Of a stretch of 47,760 nt of DNA, positions 9,163 through 19,203 are shown piece after piece (position 1 is the first letter of the stretch; every line of letters begins with the position of its first letter). The notes under the pieces were generated by a model that made no database searches, was not told the origin of the DNA, and saw nothing but the letters and a program-made list of their open reading frames with translations. The position numbers were made by a program, and so were the translations under genes. Origin of the DNA: Thermoplasmatota archaeon (lineage in GTDB: Archaea; Thermoplasmatota; E2; DHVEG-1); contig JAFGDG010000049.1 of NCBI GenBank assembly GCA_016932245.1, forward strand, positions 1-47,760, written 5' to 3'.

Positions 9163-9840
9163 TTAGTATCCTTCTGCATATAGTACATCAGGAATGGTGC
9201 CGTATGTTTTCTTCCAAGAGCTATCCTGTTTAATGTGCACCTTTCGTCCCTGAATGCTAAGCTTTCCTTGGGCAAATAAATCAATCGTTCTTGGTAGGAT
9301 CTGATGCTCAACGGCAAGAATTCGCTTTGCAAGTGCATCACGATCATCATCAGGCATGACGTTTACGGCTGCTTGTAAGATGATGGGTCCATGATCGGTC
9401 TGTTCATCCATAAAATGAGTCGTGCAACCAGAGATTTTAACCCCATACTCTAAAGCATCGCCTTGGCCGTTTTCCCCTTTAAAAGAAGGAAGAAGGGCAG
9501 GATGAATGTTAATCAATTTTCCATACCACTTCTTGACAAATGAGGGGGAGAGGATGCGCATATACCCTGCACCTACTAGCAACCCTACCTTATGTTCTGC
9601 TAAGATCTCGTGAATCTCTTTCTCATGTTCTTCTTTCTTTTTTCCCGATGGATTCACGAAATAGGCAGGAATGCTGTGTTGTTTTGCACGTTGCAAGGCA
9701 TACGCCTTAATATCGTCACTGATAACCGCAACAACGACCGCATCGATCATGCCTTTTTCGGACGCATCGATGATGCTTTGCAGATCAGTGCCGCTACCCG
9801 ATGCTAAGACGCCCACGCGCAGTTTTTCTCCCATACTCAT
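9163..9840 (-). CDS. purN: Phosphoribosylglycinamide formyltransferase (folate-dependent)
   Basis: VLASGSGTDLQ, AGYMRIL, INIHPALLP.F.G and D.GPII.Q motifs. Confidence 0.96.
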   Translation of the reverse strand: MSMGEKLRVGVLASGSGTDLQSIIDASEKGMIDAVVVAVISDDIKAYALQRAKQHSIPAYFVNPSGKKKEEHEKEIHEILAEHKVGLLVGAGYMRILSPSFVKKWYGKLINIHPALLPSFKGENGQGDALEYGVKISGCTTHFMDEQTDHGPIILQAAVNVMPDDDRDALAKRILAVEHQILPRTIDLFAQGKLSIQGRKVHIKQDSSWKKTYGTIPDVLYAEGY

Positions 9841-9985
9841 CACATATCAGGTATAGCTGGTAGCTGTTAATCCCCCATTTTACAGACTATGTATGTACTC
9901 TAGTATTTTAGATGTTTTCCCTCGCCAAACCACATTTTTATTATAATAAAAAGATATTTATATAAAAACAATATTAAAAAATCGA

Positions 9986-10378
9986 ATGAACGCACTTGGG
10001 GAACAAAAATCTACCGCTCGTATTATTGTAGTGGGGTTCTTACTTGTCTCTAGTATGATACTTATCACCACTCCTGTTCACGAAGCAGCACATTGGGTGA
10101 TGTCAGAGATTGATCCGTATATTGAGCCTGTAGAGTTTCATCTCTTTGATGAGACCTCGTTTCAACAGGGAGATCATATGCTTTCATCAGCGCTTGGCTG
10201 TGTGATTATCCGAGAGGCCTATCCTGGTGCGTTTAAAGAGAGAGGACCCTGGGCAGATATGTTGCAGGAAATCATCTGCATGGTTCTTCAGCTAGCACTT
10301 ACCTGTATTGTCGTGCTAAAACTTCTCCGCCTGATTATGAATAAGCAACAGGTAATGTTGTCTACTTCTGCTGCATAA
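9986..10378 (+). CDS. Small membrane protein with HEXXH motif (M50-like metallopeptidase candidate)
   Basis: TM followed by VHEAAH; C-terminal TM; TTTATATA upstream; 3' end overlaps trm1 stop. Confidence 0.6.
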   Translation: MNALGEQKSTARIIVVGFLLVSSMILITTPVHEAAHWVMSEIDPYIEPVEFHLFDETSFQQGDHMLSSALGCVIIREAYPGAFKERGPWADMLQEIICMVLQLALTCIVVLKLLRLIMNKQQVMLSTSAA

Positions 10379-11474
10379 ACATTGATTTTATCGTCGCGAG
10401 AGGCGCGTTTGTCTTAAATCCTGCGGGCGTGCAATGTGTTCGGGAAACTGTGTATCCATTCTTCCTCAGAAGGCCAAACAATAACTTCCGTTTCGGAGGT
10501 GAGCATTTTAAGGTTGATGCTACTTCATCTACGGAATAAAAAAACGGAGGAGCTGTTGCTTCTTCTTCTAGGATGTCAAGTAATTTAACAAGGTCATGTT
10601 TTGTCTGTAACTGCTTTGTAAAAAGGATGTTACGTACTTCTTGGATAAATTGTTTCTGTTGTATGGGTCCTAGCCACAGAGGCCCAACCATTGTTTGCGA
10701 AGCAGTATAAAATCCATCGATTGCTTTTGATGAGATGGCAGAAACACGACTAATCGCAGTATCAGCTGCACCTACTCCTCGACTCACTTTGACGTAGAGA
10801 CGGCTATAATGGTCGGTTGTATAACAAAGGAGAGGTTCAATCCCTTTTCCATACTTTGTTGCCTCTCGGCAGAGGGATCCTAACAGAATACGCAGTCCTA
10901 TTTCTTTCATACATGGAGCGTGCAATGGTTGTGCATGATACCGGCGTTGGCATGCCTTTGGGTAAACTCCACAGAGTGCAGCAGTGTCTGTTGCCGTGCA
11001 CGCAATAATGCCGCCGTGCTGAATACTCTTCATTACCACATCAAAAAAATATACTGGTGAGCCAAACGGGTCAATATCGATATACTCAAACTTTTCTTCA
11101 GTAAGCAGGAGATGCAAATTCTTTTTTGTCGTGGTGATATGGGGACTCGAGTATATTTGCGCATTTTTTTTAATGAGTTGATATGACTCTTCATTCCAGT
11201 CATTAATGGTTACGTGAAAATCCCCTTCAAGTTCATGGGCAAATCGTATACCTCTAATGCCCGAAGCTGCCAACCCATCTAAGAGACGAACGGATTTTTT
11301 ACTACTCGCGATTAGGTTTTGGGCGACCAGTATAGATACATCTCTATTAAGTATCATTGACGGATTGTAAAACGGAACCTTCTCTTTTGCACCTGGTCCT
11401 TTTGTTGCCTGCTTAGTGGAAACCACAAAAACAGCACTCTTTCCTTCAGTAATCTTGGTAGCTTGAGTCTTCAT
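10362..11474 (-). CDS. trm1: tRNA (guanine-26-N2)-dimethyltransferase
   Basis: FYNP.M..NRD, DGLAASGIRGIR, IDIDPFGSP, TATDTAALCG, EIGLRIL and GFKTNAP motifs; start reassigned to ATG 11474. Confidence 0.95.
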   Translation of the reverse strand: MKTQATKITEGKSAVFVVSTKQATKGPGAKEKVPFYNPSMILNRDVSILVAQNLIASSKKSVRLLDGLAASGIRGIRFAHELEGDFHVTINDWNEESYQLIKKNAQIYSSPHITTTKKNLHLLLTEEKFEYIDIDPFGSPVYFFDVVMKSIQHGGIIACTATDTAALCGVYPKACQRRYHAQPLHAPCMKEIGLRILLGSLCREATKYGKGIEPLLCYTTDHYSRLYVKVSRGVGAADTAISRVSAISSKAIDGFYTASQTMVGPLWLGPIQQKQFIQEVRNILFTKQLQTKHDLVKLLDILEEEATAPPFFYSVDEVASTLKCSPPKRKLLFGLLRKNGYTVSRTHCTPAGFKTNAPLATIKSMFMQQK

Positions 11475-11475
11475 G

Positions 11476-12036
11476 TTAAAATAACGGTGGTAACTTTTCT
11501 TCCATGATTTTCTCAATCTTATACGGAAGCAGATTTCTATTGACCGGCGTTACTTCTAAAATACGAATATCATCGCGTCGTCGTACATCTTGGAGTAACG
11601 GTGTTCGTGATTTTTTGTGCAAGGTAACCATAATCGGCTTATCAGAATCAAACGCCTCGATCACCACTTCACAAAACCGCTCAGAAAGCATTTCCATTTT
11701 GCCGATTTCGTCAATAATGATGATATTTGTTTTTTCATCGGCAATGGCTCTTTCGACAGCAGGTATTCCAGCACGTTCAAGAGCAGCAATGTCGACTCCA
11801 TATTTGCCGACTTTTTCTTTGGTGTCGTAGTCTATATGGGCAAATACTTCACTTGCTCCTGTTTGCCAATCCCGAACGGTAAAGCCCACTCGCTTTTTCT
11901 TTTCAATGACCGGCTCGGTGACCATGCCGCCAAGAGTATAGCCATGTCCTTCAAGAAACTCGATGATTTTAATCAGGGTTTGTGTTTTTCCAACGCTCGG
12001 CATTCCAGTAATGCCAATTTTCGGTATATCGTCCAT
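11476..12036 (-). CDS. Nucleoside triphosphatase, THEP1/NTPase_1 family
   Basis: ITGMPSVGKT Walker A, RVGF, VGKYGVD and IIDEIGKME; start uncertain (12036-12057). Confidence 0.9.
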   Translation of the reverse strand: MDDIPKIGITGMPSVGKTQTLIKIIEFLEGHGYTLGGMVTEPVIEKKKRVGFTVRDWQTGASEVFAHIDYDTKEKVGKYGVDIAALERAGIPAVERAIADEKTNIIIIDEIGKMEMLSERFCEVVIEAFDSDKPIMVTLHKKSRTPLLQDVRRRDDIRILEVTPVNRNLLPYKIEKIMEEKLPPLF

Positions 12037-12126
12037 AAACAGCATCATGTAATGCATTTTTTGTTTAGAAATGTTTTTATTGCGCTCTTTCGAAAAAAAA
12101 TCAATATTCTCTTCAGTTATGTCTTA

Positions 12127-12792
12127 CTATTTGCTTTTTTTCTGCAAATACAGTGGCCCGCCGATTGCATAGCACATGAGTGCAACAAACAATATCATGG
12201 GGCCAATGCCGTCATAGAGTTTTCCGGTTAGTATGGAAATAATGATAAGAATCGTGGCGACACCATTGATTTTTAACCCTGGTTTTGGAAAAGGTGTCGG
12301 GGCAATTGATGCAAGAGACACCACCACGACAATTGCCAAGATGTAGAAAAAAGAAACCTCAAGAAAGGCAGGAACCATAACCAATACGGATCCTGCAGTA
12401 ACGGGCAGACCAATAAAATACTTCTTGTGTTTCATACGATGAAAGGCAGTGAGCCGTATCATGCTGCACGAAAGAAAGACGACTAGGACAATAAGAAGAT
12501 AGCTAGTGTAATAGGGGCAGTAGGAAACCTTTGCATAATAGAGAGTAAAGATGAACAACGCAGGAGCAATACCAAGGGCGGTCATATCAGACATTGCCTC
12601 AAAATATTCTCCTAACTCTCCTTGTTTAGTCTTTCGGGCAACCATGCCGTCAATCCCATCCACAAGTATGGCCAGCAGAATAAATGAAAACGACCAATGC
12701 ACCTCTCCTAAAAAGATCAGTATGCTGGAAAAAAAGCCAAATAGTGATTTAAGCAAACTTATCCCATCAGCAATGGAAAGAAGGCTAAGCAT
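12127..12792 (-). CDS. pssA: Archaetidylserine synthase (CDP-alcohol phosphatidyltransferase)
   Basis: DGIDGMVARK...G...E..SD...G.APA signature and FIGLP; overlaps the psd stop. Confidence 0.85.
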   Translation of the reverse strand: MLSLLSIADGISLLKSLFGFFSSILIFLGEVHWSFSFILLAILVDGIDGMVARKTKQGELGEYFEAMSDMTALGIAPALFIFTLYYAKVSYCPYYTSYLLIVLVVFLSCSMIRLTAFHRMKHKKYFIGLPVTAGSVLVMVPAFLEVSFFYILAIVVVVSLASIAPTPFPKPGLKINGVATILIIISILTGKLYDGIGPMILFVALMCYAIGGPLYLQKKSK

Positions 12793-13432
12793 TGATTTCA
12801 GCAAGGGTATCTTCTCCTGCACGTATATGGTCAGCCACACGCACGGTAAGATGTTTAATTGCTTTGGTTGGTAAATAGATGTCGACCCGAGAACCAAGGC
12901 GGATGATACCAATTCGCTGTCCTTTTTTTAGCATATCTCCCTTTTTGATATAGGGAACAATACGGCGTGCTACAGTTCCTGCAATTTGCACTACCTTTAC
13001 CCTGCCAATTGAGGTATCTAGAGTAATGACCACGCGCTCATTTTTCTCAGATTCTTTAGTAAATGCGGGAAGGTGACTACCAGGAACGCGGGTCATTTCT
13101 TCGACTGTACCATCAAGAGGCATTCGATTGACATGCACATTATGAATATTCATAAATGTTGAAATGCACGTGTAAGGTTGGTCATTTTCTGTCGTTGTGG
13201 TAATCGATCTAATTGCCCCATCAGCAGGAGCGACAATTCCTTTACCCACCGTCCGCTCTGGATCTCTAAAAAATACAAGAAACCACATGGTAAGAAGGAG
13301 CAGTATGAAGGAAAAAAATACTGCAATAGCAAAAAATGATGTCGTCGCAAAGACAAGAGCAATGAACAGTAAGAGTATTCCGAGGACACATGGTATCAGA
13401 ATCCAGGTGTACGATCCTCGTGCAAGTTTCAT
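12785..13432 (-). CDS. psd: Archaetidylserine/phosphatidylserine decarboxylase proenzyme
   Basis: FFRDPER, APADG, NVHVNRMP, NER, QIAG.VARRI and the LGS autocleavage site; start reassigned to ATG 13432. Confidence 0.93.
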   Translation of the reverse strand: MKLARGSYTWILIPCVLGILLLFIALVFATTSFFAIAVFFSFILLLLTMWFLVFFRDPERTVGKGIVAPADGAIRSITTTTENDQPYTCISTFMNIHNVHVNRMPLDGTVEEMTRVPGSHLPAFTKESEKNERVVITLDTSIGRVKVVQIAGTVARRIVPYIKKGDMLKKGQRIGIIRLGSRVDIYLPTKAIKHLTVRVADHIRAGEDTLAEINA

Positions 13433-13433
13433 A

Positions 13434-14384
13434 TTATGATTTTCTCCATAACCTTTTAAGTTGTTGCTCGAGTGGCCCATTCCTCGTGGGTAACTCCGAA
13501 AGACAAATGATTTCATCAAAGAGTTCTGGTATTCGTTTAGAAACTATTAAAAGCAAGAGTACCAAGGCAACTAAACTCAATCCTTTGCCAATGACGTTAT
13601 GCGCCATAAAAAACATGTCGGGATTATCTTTGACAAGGAGGGCAATGAGTGCATTCCGAAAAAGATTGAGGAAATAGATAGGAACAATCGTGATGAGCAG
13701 TCCGTACATCTTTCGTTTCCATTCCACCTGTGAAAGAGGGAGAATGCCACCAACAAAGATAACAATTGATTGTATTGCGGTGCATGCAAAGATAATATTT
13801 ACGACATATGCCCCATCGTAAAGAATAACATTTCCCTCTGTTTCGACATTTCCTATGATTAGATTCAATAAGGCAGCACTTTGCACCGTGACAACATCAA
13901 CGAGCCAGTATGCTAACGGCGTGAGCTCAACCACAAAATAGATCAGGCCTGCCGTAGCTGCTACACCAGCGGCCCAATTCAAACAACGGACGTGTTTTTC
14001 TCCTTTTGCTGTTATCCATTCATGATATGCTACATAACAAAGTAAAAAGATACCCGCAATACAAAGGAACGCATTGACAATATCTTCCCCTTCCCCGTAA
14101 TAGAGTTCATTAATTTTGGTTGCCCAAAAAAAAGAAAAACCAAACCATCCTGCCATTTTGAGATAATTTTCAGTATTCTTTGCTTTCCAAAAAAATCCTA
14201 GAAACAAACATAACAAACTACTAAAGAGAACAACGGTTTGTAAAAGTAAATCGGGCTCTTGGAATCGTTGAAAAAGATACATTGATTTATAGGGAAAGAA
14301 CAACACTCCAACGATAACAAAAGTAATAGGAATGACAAGAAAAAGAAACGAAAAAGACTCATCTGTCTTTGAATACTGTTTCAT
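13434..14384 (-). CDS. artA: Archaeosortase A (exosortase family)
   Basis: Multi-TM; IFACTAIQSI (catalytic Cys), LN.FRN and AHNVIGK motifs. Confidence 0.88.
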   Translation of the reverse strand: MKQYSKTDESFSFLFLVIPITFVIVGVLFFPYKSMYLFQRFQEPDLLLQTVVLFSSLLCLFLGFFWKAKNTENYLKMAGWFGFSFFWATKINELYYGEGEDIVNAFLCIAGIFLLCYVAYHEWITAKGEKHVRCLNWAAGVAATAGLIYFVVELTPLAYWLVDVVTVQSAALLNLIIGNVETEGNVILYDGAYVVNIIFACTAIQSIVIFVGGILPLSQVEWKRKMYGLLITIVPIYFLNLFRNALIALLVKDNPDMFFMAHNVIGKGLSLVALVLLLLIVSKRIPELFDEIICLSELPTRNGPLEQQLKRLWRKS

Positions 14385-14444
14385 GGGGTGATCCGTTCTT
14401 TTGAATGCCTGATGACTTTAAGAGTATTATGATGTCTAAATTGC

Positions 14445-15500
14445 CTAGGCTAATCCAAGCATTGAAAGCACAGGTTGCAAGCCAAACTCCTGCATGGTAT
14501 AGCTATCCCACATGATACAGATTAAGCCTACCAGGGCGATAAGGGTAAGTGGTACCCAATACGCATACACGATTTGATCGATTTTTAGCCGAGCCACAGC
14601 AACGCGTATCAGAGTTACGGAGAACAGGACGATTAACAGGACTTTTACCAGATAAAAGATGATATCAACGGCAAACGCGGGATAACTGTCCAGTCCGAGT
14701 AATGGAGAGAGGTTGTACGGGAAAAAGAGTGCCACTATTAACGAAGCCAAAACAAGAGTTTTCACCCCATCGGTCAGGTAAAACATAGCAAGGTTTCTCC
14801 CCGAATATTCGACGAGCAGACCACCAGCAATCTCTGTTTCTGCTTCAGGAGAGTCGAACGGAATTTTTGACAGTTCTGCAGGAGTGACGATAATGAGGAC
14901 TAACAACAACAATAGTAGACCTATGAAACCCAACGGTCCAACAATATTCCATACTGGAGTACTGGCAATAGTTGATAAAGCAAAGGGGGTTGCTGCTCCG
15001 TAATAACTCAATCTCCAGGCAATACTAATGATGATAATGGCAAGAGGAAATTCATACGCAATCATGGTAGCCATTTCTCGCTGTGCACCAATAGTTGCAT
15101 AGGGTGATCCCGCGGCAAATCCGCCAATAACCATGGCAAGCGAAGGAATAATCAGTAGGTAGAGTATGAGAATTAAATCTCCTTTTGTGGCAAGCAGTGG
15201 TTCAAAACCGCCTAAAGGTAAGTAAAGTAAAATCGAAATGGTTGCCACCAGTCCAGCTAGCGGTGCAAGATGAAATACCCAGGGAATGGCATTTTCGGGA
15301 ACGATATTTTCTTTGGTAAACAATTTTACGACATCACGAAACGGCTGTCGAATTGGTGGACCGATTCTTCCTTGCATATGCGCAGAGAGCTTCCGGTCAA
15401 CACCTTTATAGAATAACCCAAAGACGATACCAAAGAGTGCAACACCGGCAGTTCCAAAAATAACCAGGGCGGCTGTTGTTACGATTGTTTGGATATCCAT
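14445..15500 (-). CDS. mbhM: MbhM / NuoH-like complex I subunit 1 homologue
   Basis: DRK..A.MQGRIGPP..QPF.D..KL, GAQRE and PFD.PEAETEIAGG..VEYSG; start reassigned to ATG 15500. Confidence 0.9.
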   Translation of the reverse strand: MDIQTIVTTAALVIFGTAGVALFGIVFGLFYKGVDRKLSAHMQGRIGPPIRQPFRDVVKLFTKENIVPENAIPWVFHLAPLAGLVATISILLYLPLGGFEPLLATKGDLILILYLLIIPSLAMVIGGFAAGSPYATIGAQREMATMIAYEFPLAIIIISIAWRLSYYGAATPFALSTIASTPVWNIVGPLGFIGLLLLLLVLIIVTPAELSKIPFDSPEAETEIAGGLLVEYSGRNLAMFYLTDGVKTLVLASLIVALFFPYNLSPLLGLDSYPAFAVDIIFYLVKVLLIVLFSVTLIRVAVARLKIDQIVYAYWVPLTLIALVGLICIMWDSYTMQEFGLQPVLSMLGLA

Positions 15501-15856
15501 TAGAGCATCACCACCAGGATAAAGAGTACTCCCATAACAACCACAAACCACATGACGTAATCACTTGCATTTCCGTTATGCATCTTTTTGAGAAGGTCGT
15601 ATACTCCTTTCAGCACCTCCGTAAATCCCCAGTACACGTTGCTTCCTTTGATATGCATTTGTTCTTTTTCATATTCGGGATTTCCAGAGAGAAATGACTT
15701 TGTTTGTTCTGTTTGCTTTTTGTATGCTTTATTCCCTAATCCTCTTAGGATGTAGACAATGAGCAAGGCAATGCCAATAGCAATTCCCCAGATGAGAGGA
15801 TGCCAAAATCCACTTCCTGTTTGTAATGATTCAAGTAACGCCTCAAATGATACCAT
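15500..15856 (-). CDS. mbhI: MbhI-like membrane anchor subunit
   Basis: SGFW.PL.W, Q.K.FLSGN.E, N.YWGF...L..Y..L..MH.G..SDYV.W pattern; position after mbhH. Confidence 0.85.
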   Translation of the reverse strand: MVSFEALLESLQTGSGFWHPLIWGIAIGIALLIVYILRGLGNKAYKKQTEQTKSFLSGNPEYEKEQMHIKGSNVYWGFTEVLKGVYDLLKKMHNGNASDYVMWFVVVMGVLFILVVML

Positions 15857-15857
15857 C

Positions 15858-17429
15858 TTAGACTCCTCCTAGTACTGCACCAATGTATTGTGTATGATTC
15901 AGAATGGCTGTTGTTGCTGGTTCTACGATATTGGTGATAACAAACTCTGGAAAGAGCCCAAAGAACAAAATGATGCATACAATGATACCCATCGCAATGA
16001 GCATAGGTTTTGGCACTTCTTTTACATTCTTTAAACTCTCTTGTTCAGGACCTAAAAAGATTGCATGAAATACCTTGACAAAGACGGCAAGAATCATAAT
16101 ACTTGCGAGTATTGCAACGATGGCAATTATGGGATTTAACTGATACGTTGATTCATAAATCAGTAATTTTGACACAAAGCCATTCAAGGGCGGCATACCC
16201 GCAGCAGCAAGCAATCCAATCACGAAAAACACTGTCGTGTATTTCATCTTTCGCGCTAGGCCACCCAACTGGTCTACAGAGATCTTTTTTGTTGCATAGT
16301 AAATAGATCCAGCAACCAGGAACAGCAATCCAATAGTTAATGCATCATTCATTATGTGAAGGATACTTCCTTGTAAGGCTGTGGTGGTATATGGAGGCCA
16401 CACCACGGTTTGGGTTACCTCATTATAGAGTGCTGCGTTCAACCGAACGCCAATGCCAAGTACCATATAGCCAATCTCTGCAACAGCAACATAGGCAATC
16501 ATGCGCTTGAGATTACTCTGACGCAAAGCCATAATCACGCCAATAAGCATGGTTGCAAGTGCCAGGATTACCAAAAATGCACCAATCACATTAGAAGCAA
16601 ATGCAGTATCACTAAAGACACCACCATACACGGTAAATATTACCCGAAACGCACCATATAAACTGGCTTGTGTCGTCCCAATTAAAATGAGCGTAACCGG
16701 TGCAGGTGCACTGCCATAGGAATCAGGTAGCCACATGTGCATGGGGACAAGTCCTGCTTTCATCGCAAGTGCCGCAATTAAGATGACAAGGGCAATTTTG
16801 TCTAGGAACGTGTACTGTATTGAATTCGCTAGCACAGCCATATTTAGCGCGTTGTATTGCCCATAGAGCAAGGCAATTGCAAAGAGGATGAACAGTGCAC
16901 CAATGGCGCTGATAATAATATATTTAAAGGCAGCCTCCACCGATTCTCCTTTATGTGTCCAAAAGGCAATGAGTGCACACGATGCAATAGAGGTGATTTC
17001 TAAAAACACAAAGAAGTTGAACAAATCACCAGTCAGCATCATGCCCAACATACCTGCGGTCATGAGCAATGCCAAAGTGTAGAATTTATCCAGGCCCGAG
17101 TATTCCTTCATAAAGGAAAGAGAATAGAGCACACCAACGAAGGAAAGAATGGCGGCGATAAGTGCCATAAAAACACTCATGGCATCGACTTCAAAGAGAA
17201 TGCGAACAACAGGCAAACTTAAGTCAGTAGCACCAAACACGTAGGTACGAATGCCGTTGGTAAGAATATCTGAAGCAAGAAGACCGATAAGAATGCCATT
17301 AACACCTAACACTATAACGACAAATGCATTTCTCGCCTTTCCGCTAAGACGGCTGACCAGTGGAGTCAAGAATGCCCCAAGTAACGGAAGTGCAACAACT
17401 AAAGGAATGAAGTAATCAGGAACGTTCAT
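15858..17429 (-). CDS. mbhH: MbhH / MrpD proton-translocating subunit
   Basis: TGDLFNFFVFLEI, EAAFKY, KAGLVPMHMWLPD and G.PPLNGF.SK motifs. Confidence 0.93.
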   Translation of the reverse strand: MNVPDYFIPLVVALPLLGAFLTPLVSRLSGKARNAFVVIVLGVNGILIGLLASDILTNGIRTYVFGATDLSLPVVRILFEVDAMSVFMALIAAILSFVGVLYSLSFMKEYSGLDKFYTLALLMTAGMLGMMLTGDLFNFFVFLEITSIASCALIAFWTHKGESVEAAFKYIIISAIGALFILFAIALLYGQYNALNMAVLANSIQYTFLDKIALVILIAALAMKAGLVPMHMWLPDSYGSAPAPVTLILIGTTQASLYGAFRVIFTVYGGVFSDTAFASNVIGAFLVILALATMLIGVIMALRQSNLKRMIAYVAVAEIGYMVLGIGVRLNAALYNEVTQTVVWPPYTTTALQGSILHIMNDALTIGLLFLVAGSIYYATKKISVDQLGGLARKMKYTTVFFVIGLLAAAGMPPLNGFVSKLLIYESTYQLNPIIAIVAILASIMILAVFVKVFHAIFLGPEQESLKNVKEVPKPMLIAMGIIVCIILFFGLFPEFVITNIVEPATTAILNHTQYIGAVLGGV

Positions 17430-17770
17430 TCTTTCAGCCTCCGTATCTTCCGAACATCAAGTGTTCCGTAGTGTCGATAGATATGAATGACCAACGAGAG
17501 CATTAAGGCCAGTACGGCAACACCAATCACAATGCTGGTGAGCGTTAAGGCCTGTGGCACGGGTAATGACATGATGCCACCGGGAGAGCCGGTATAGATG
17601 GGTGCGATACTGTTCTCCCGGTACCCAAGAGTAATCAAGAACAGATTCACCCCACTCTCGATTAAGGTAACACCGATGACCATTTTGATCAAGTTTCTCT
17701 TGAACAATAGTGCATAAAGGCCAATAAGTACTAAGGCAACAACCGCAAGATAAGGAATGTTGTAGATCAT
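17426..17770 (-). CDS. mbhG: MbhG / MrpC subunit
   Basis: KRNLIK.VIG, GVNLFL, PVPQALTLTSIVIG and YGTLD motifs. Confidence 0.93.
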   Translation of the reverse strand: MIYNIPYLAVVALVLIGLYALLFKRNLIKMVIGVTLIESGVNLFLITLGYRENSIAPIYTGSPGGIMSLPVPQALTLTSIVIGVAVLALMLSLVIHIYRHYGTLDVRKIRRLKE

Positions 17771-18246
17771 AGTTTTTCCTCCTTAGTATGAATGGCATAG
17801 GCCATGACAAGCACAATTGCAAAAAGCCCTGCAATCACTTTTAAACCTACAGCAAAATTCATCAAGGGAAGTACACCGCCCGTGTTGAAATTGGCAAGGG
17901 TTGATCCTGTTTCGGGCACCATGCCAAAGAGGAAATTATTGTCAACTAAAAAATTCTTAAAAAATACCGTACCAAACCCCAGGCCAAGAAATGCAAGTAA
18001 AATAAATGAGATGGCACCAAGACTTTCAAACAAGGAAAGTTGTTTTTCTTTGATTTTTCCCATGGTCCAAATGGAGCCAAAAGCAACAAGTATCATGGCA
18101 AGTGCAGAAGCAACAATAGCACCTCCCTGGAATCCTCCCCCAGGAGTTAAATGTCCATGAGCAATAACATATAACCCATAGATCATGATGAACGGAAAGG
18201 CAGCACTGGCAATAGTTTTTACAATCTTTGACATGCCTTCGCTCAT
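17767..18246 (-). CDS. mbhF: MbhF / MrpB subunit
   Basis: [13 protein letters not shown] and N.AVGLKV motifs. Confidence 0.93.
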   Translation of the reverse strand: MSEGMSKIVKTIASAAFPFIMIYGLYVIAHGHLTPGGGFQGGAIVASALAMILVAFGSIWTMGKIKEKQLSLFESLGAISFILLAFLGLGFGTVFFKNFLVDNNFLFGMVPETGSTLANFNTGGVLPLMNFAVGLKVIAGLFAIVLVMAYAIHTKEEKL

Positions 18247-18518
18247 TTCTTTAACCTCCTAAAGACAAGAATAACCCCTGCAACAGCAGTAAACAGTATC
18301 GTCGCTTCGCCGAGCGTGTCGAACCCTCGATAGTCAAATACTACGGAGGTTACCGCGTTGTTTGCTCCTGTTTCTTCTTGTGCATTTGCAATGATAGATT
18401 CATCCATCTCTGGGCTTTCTGGTTCGCCAAAAGGATGCATCATCAAGGCGCTGAAGCATAAAAATAAAGCAACAATGGCAAAGAAAGTAACAGCAAGAAT
18501 CGTTCGTTTTGACATCAT
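18243..18518 (-). CDS. mbhE: MbhE subunit
   Basis: [28 protein letters not shown] motif. Confidence 0.92.
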   Translation of the reverse strand: MMSKRTILAVTFFAIVALFLCFSALMMHPFGEPESPEMDESIIANAQEETGANNAVTSVVFDYRGFDTLGEATILFTAVAGVILVFRRLKK

Positions 18519-18775
18519 GCTTCTTCCTCCATACGTTTCGTTCCCTTAATCGCAAGAATGAGAATTGCGGTGGTTAAGCACGCGCCTACTCCTGCTTCTG
18601 CAATGGCGACGTCAGGAGCTTGTAGGATAAAAAACTCTAACGACAGCAGCAGGCTCATAGCAGCAACAGCAATGGCGGCTGCGAGCAAGTCTTTTAAGAT
18701 AACGGCAAACACTGATGCAATAATAATTAAAATAGGTAACAGAATATGAATAGCAGCAATGAATCCATCCATCAT
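18515..18775 (-). CDS. mbhD: MbhD subunit (DUF4040)
   Basis: [15 protein letters not shown] motif. Confidence 0.92.
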   Translation of the reverse strand: MMDGFIAAIHILLPILIIIASVFAVILKDLLAAAIAVAAMSLLLSLEFFILQAPDVAIAEAGVGACLTTAILILAIKGTKRMEEEA

Positions 18776-19203
18776 TTTTTCTTCACCTCTTTCTTTGTTG
18801 CAGATGATTTTTTTGCAGTAGATGGTTTCCGCCGTGCACTTGGTTTTGGCTGTTCTTTTTTCGGTTCTAATTCATCAATCACTGCACCTGCAGGTTTGAT
18901 ACCACTCCGATGAGCTGCACGAGCAAGCGCATGAGCACCAGTAGGATTGGTTACCAGAATGGCAATGAGAGCAACAGCACTATGAATGGCCAATACCGAA
19001 CCATTTACATTCCCCTGGTACCACATTTTCAGTCCAAGGAGAATCACAGAGCCACAGATGAAAATGGAGCCGAATGTTGTACATTTTGTTCCTGCATGAA
19101 GTCTCGTATAAACATCAGGGAATCGTAGAAGACCAACGCCTGCAAGCACATTGAAAAAGACACCAATGGCAAGAAACAGATAGACAACCCACTCAAAAAT
19201 CAT
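18772..19203 (-). CDS. mbhC: MbhC / MrpG subunit with Lys-rich C-terminal tail
   Basis: GLLRFPDVYTRLHAGTK and NP.GAHALARAA motifs. Confidence 0.92.
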   Translation of the reverse strand: MIFEWVVYLFLAIGVFFNVLAGVGLLRFPDVYTRLHAGTKCTTFGSIFICGSVILLGLKMWYQGNVNGSVLAIHSAVALIAILVTNPTGAHALARAAHRSGIKPAGAVIDELEPKKEQPKPSARRKPSTAKKSSATKKEVKKK

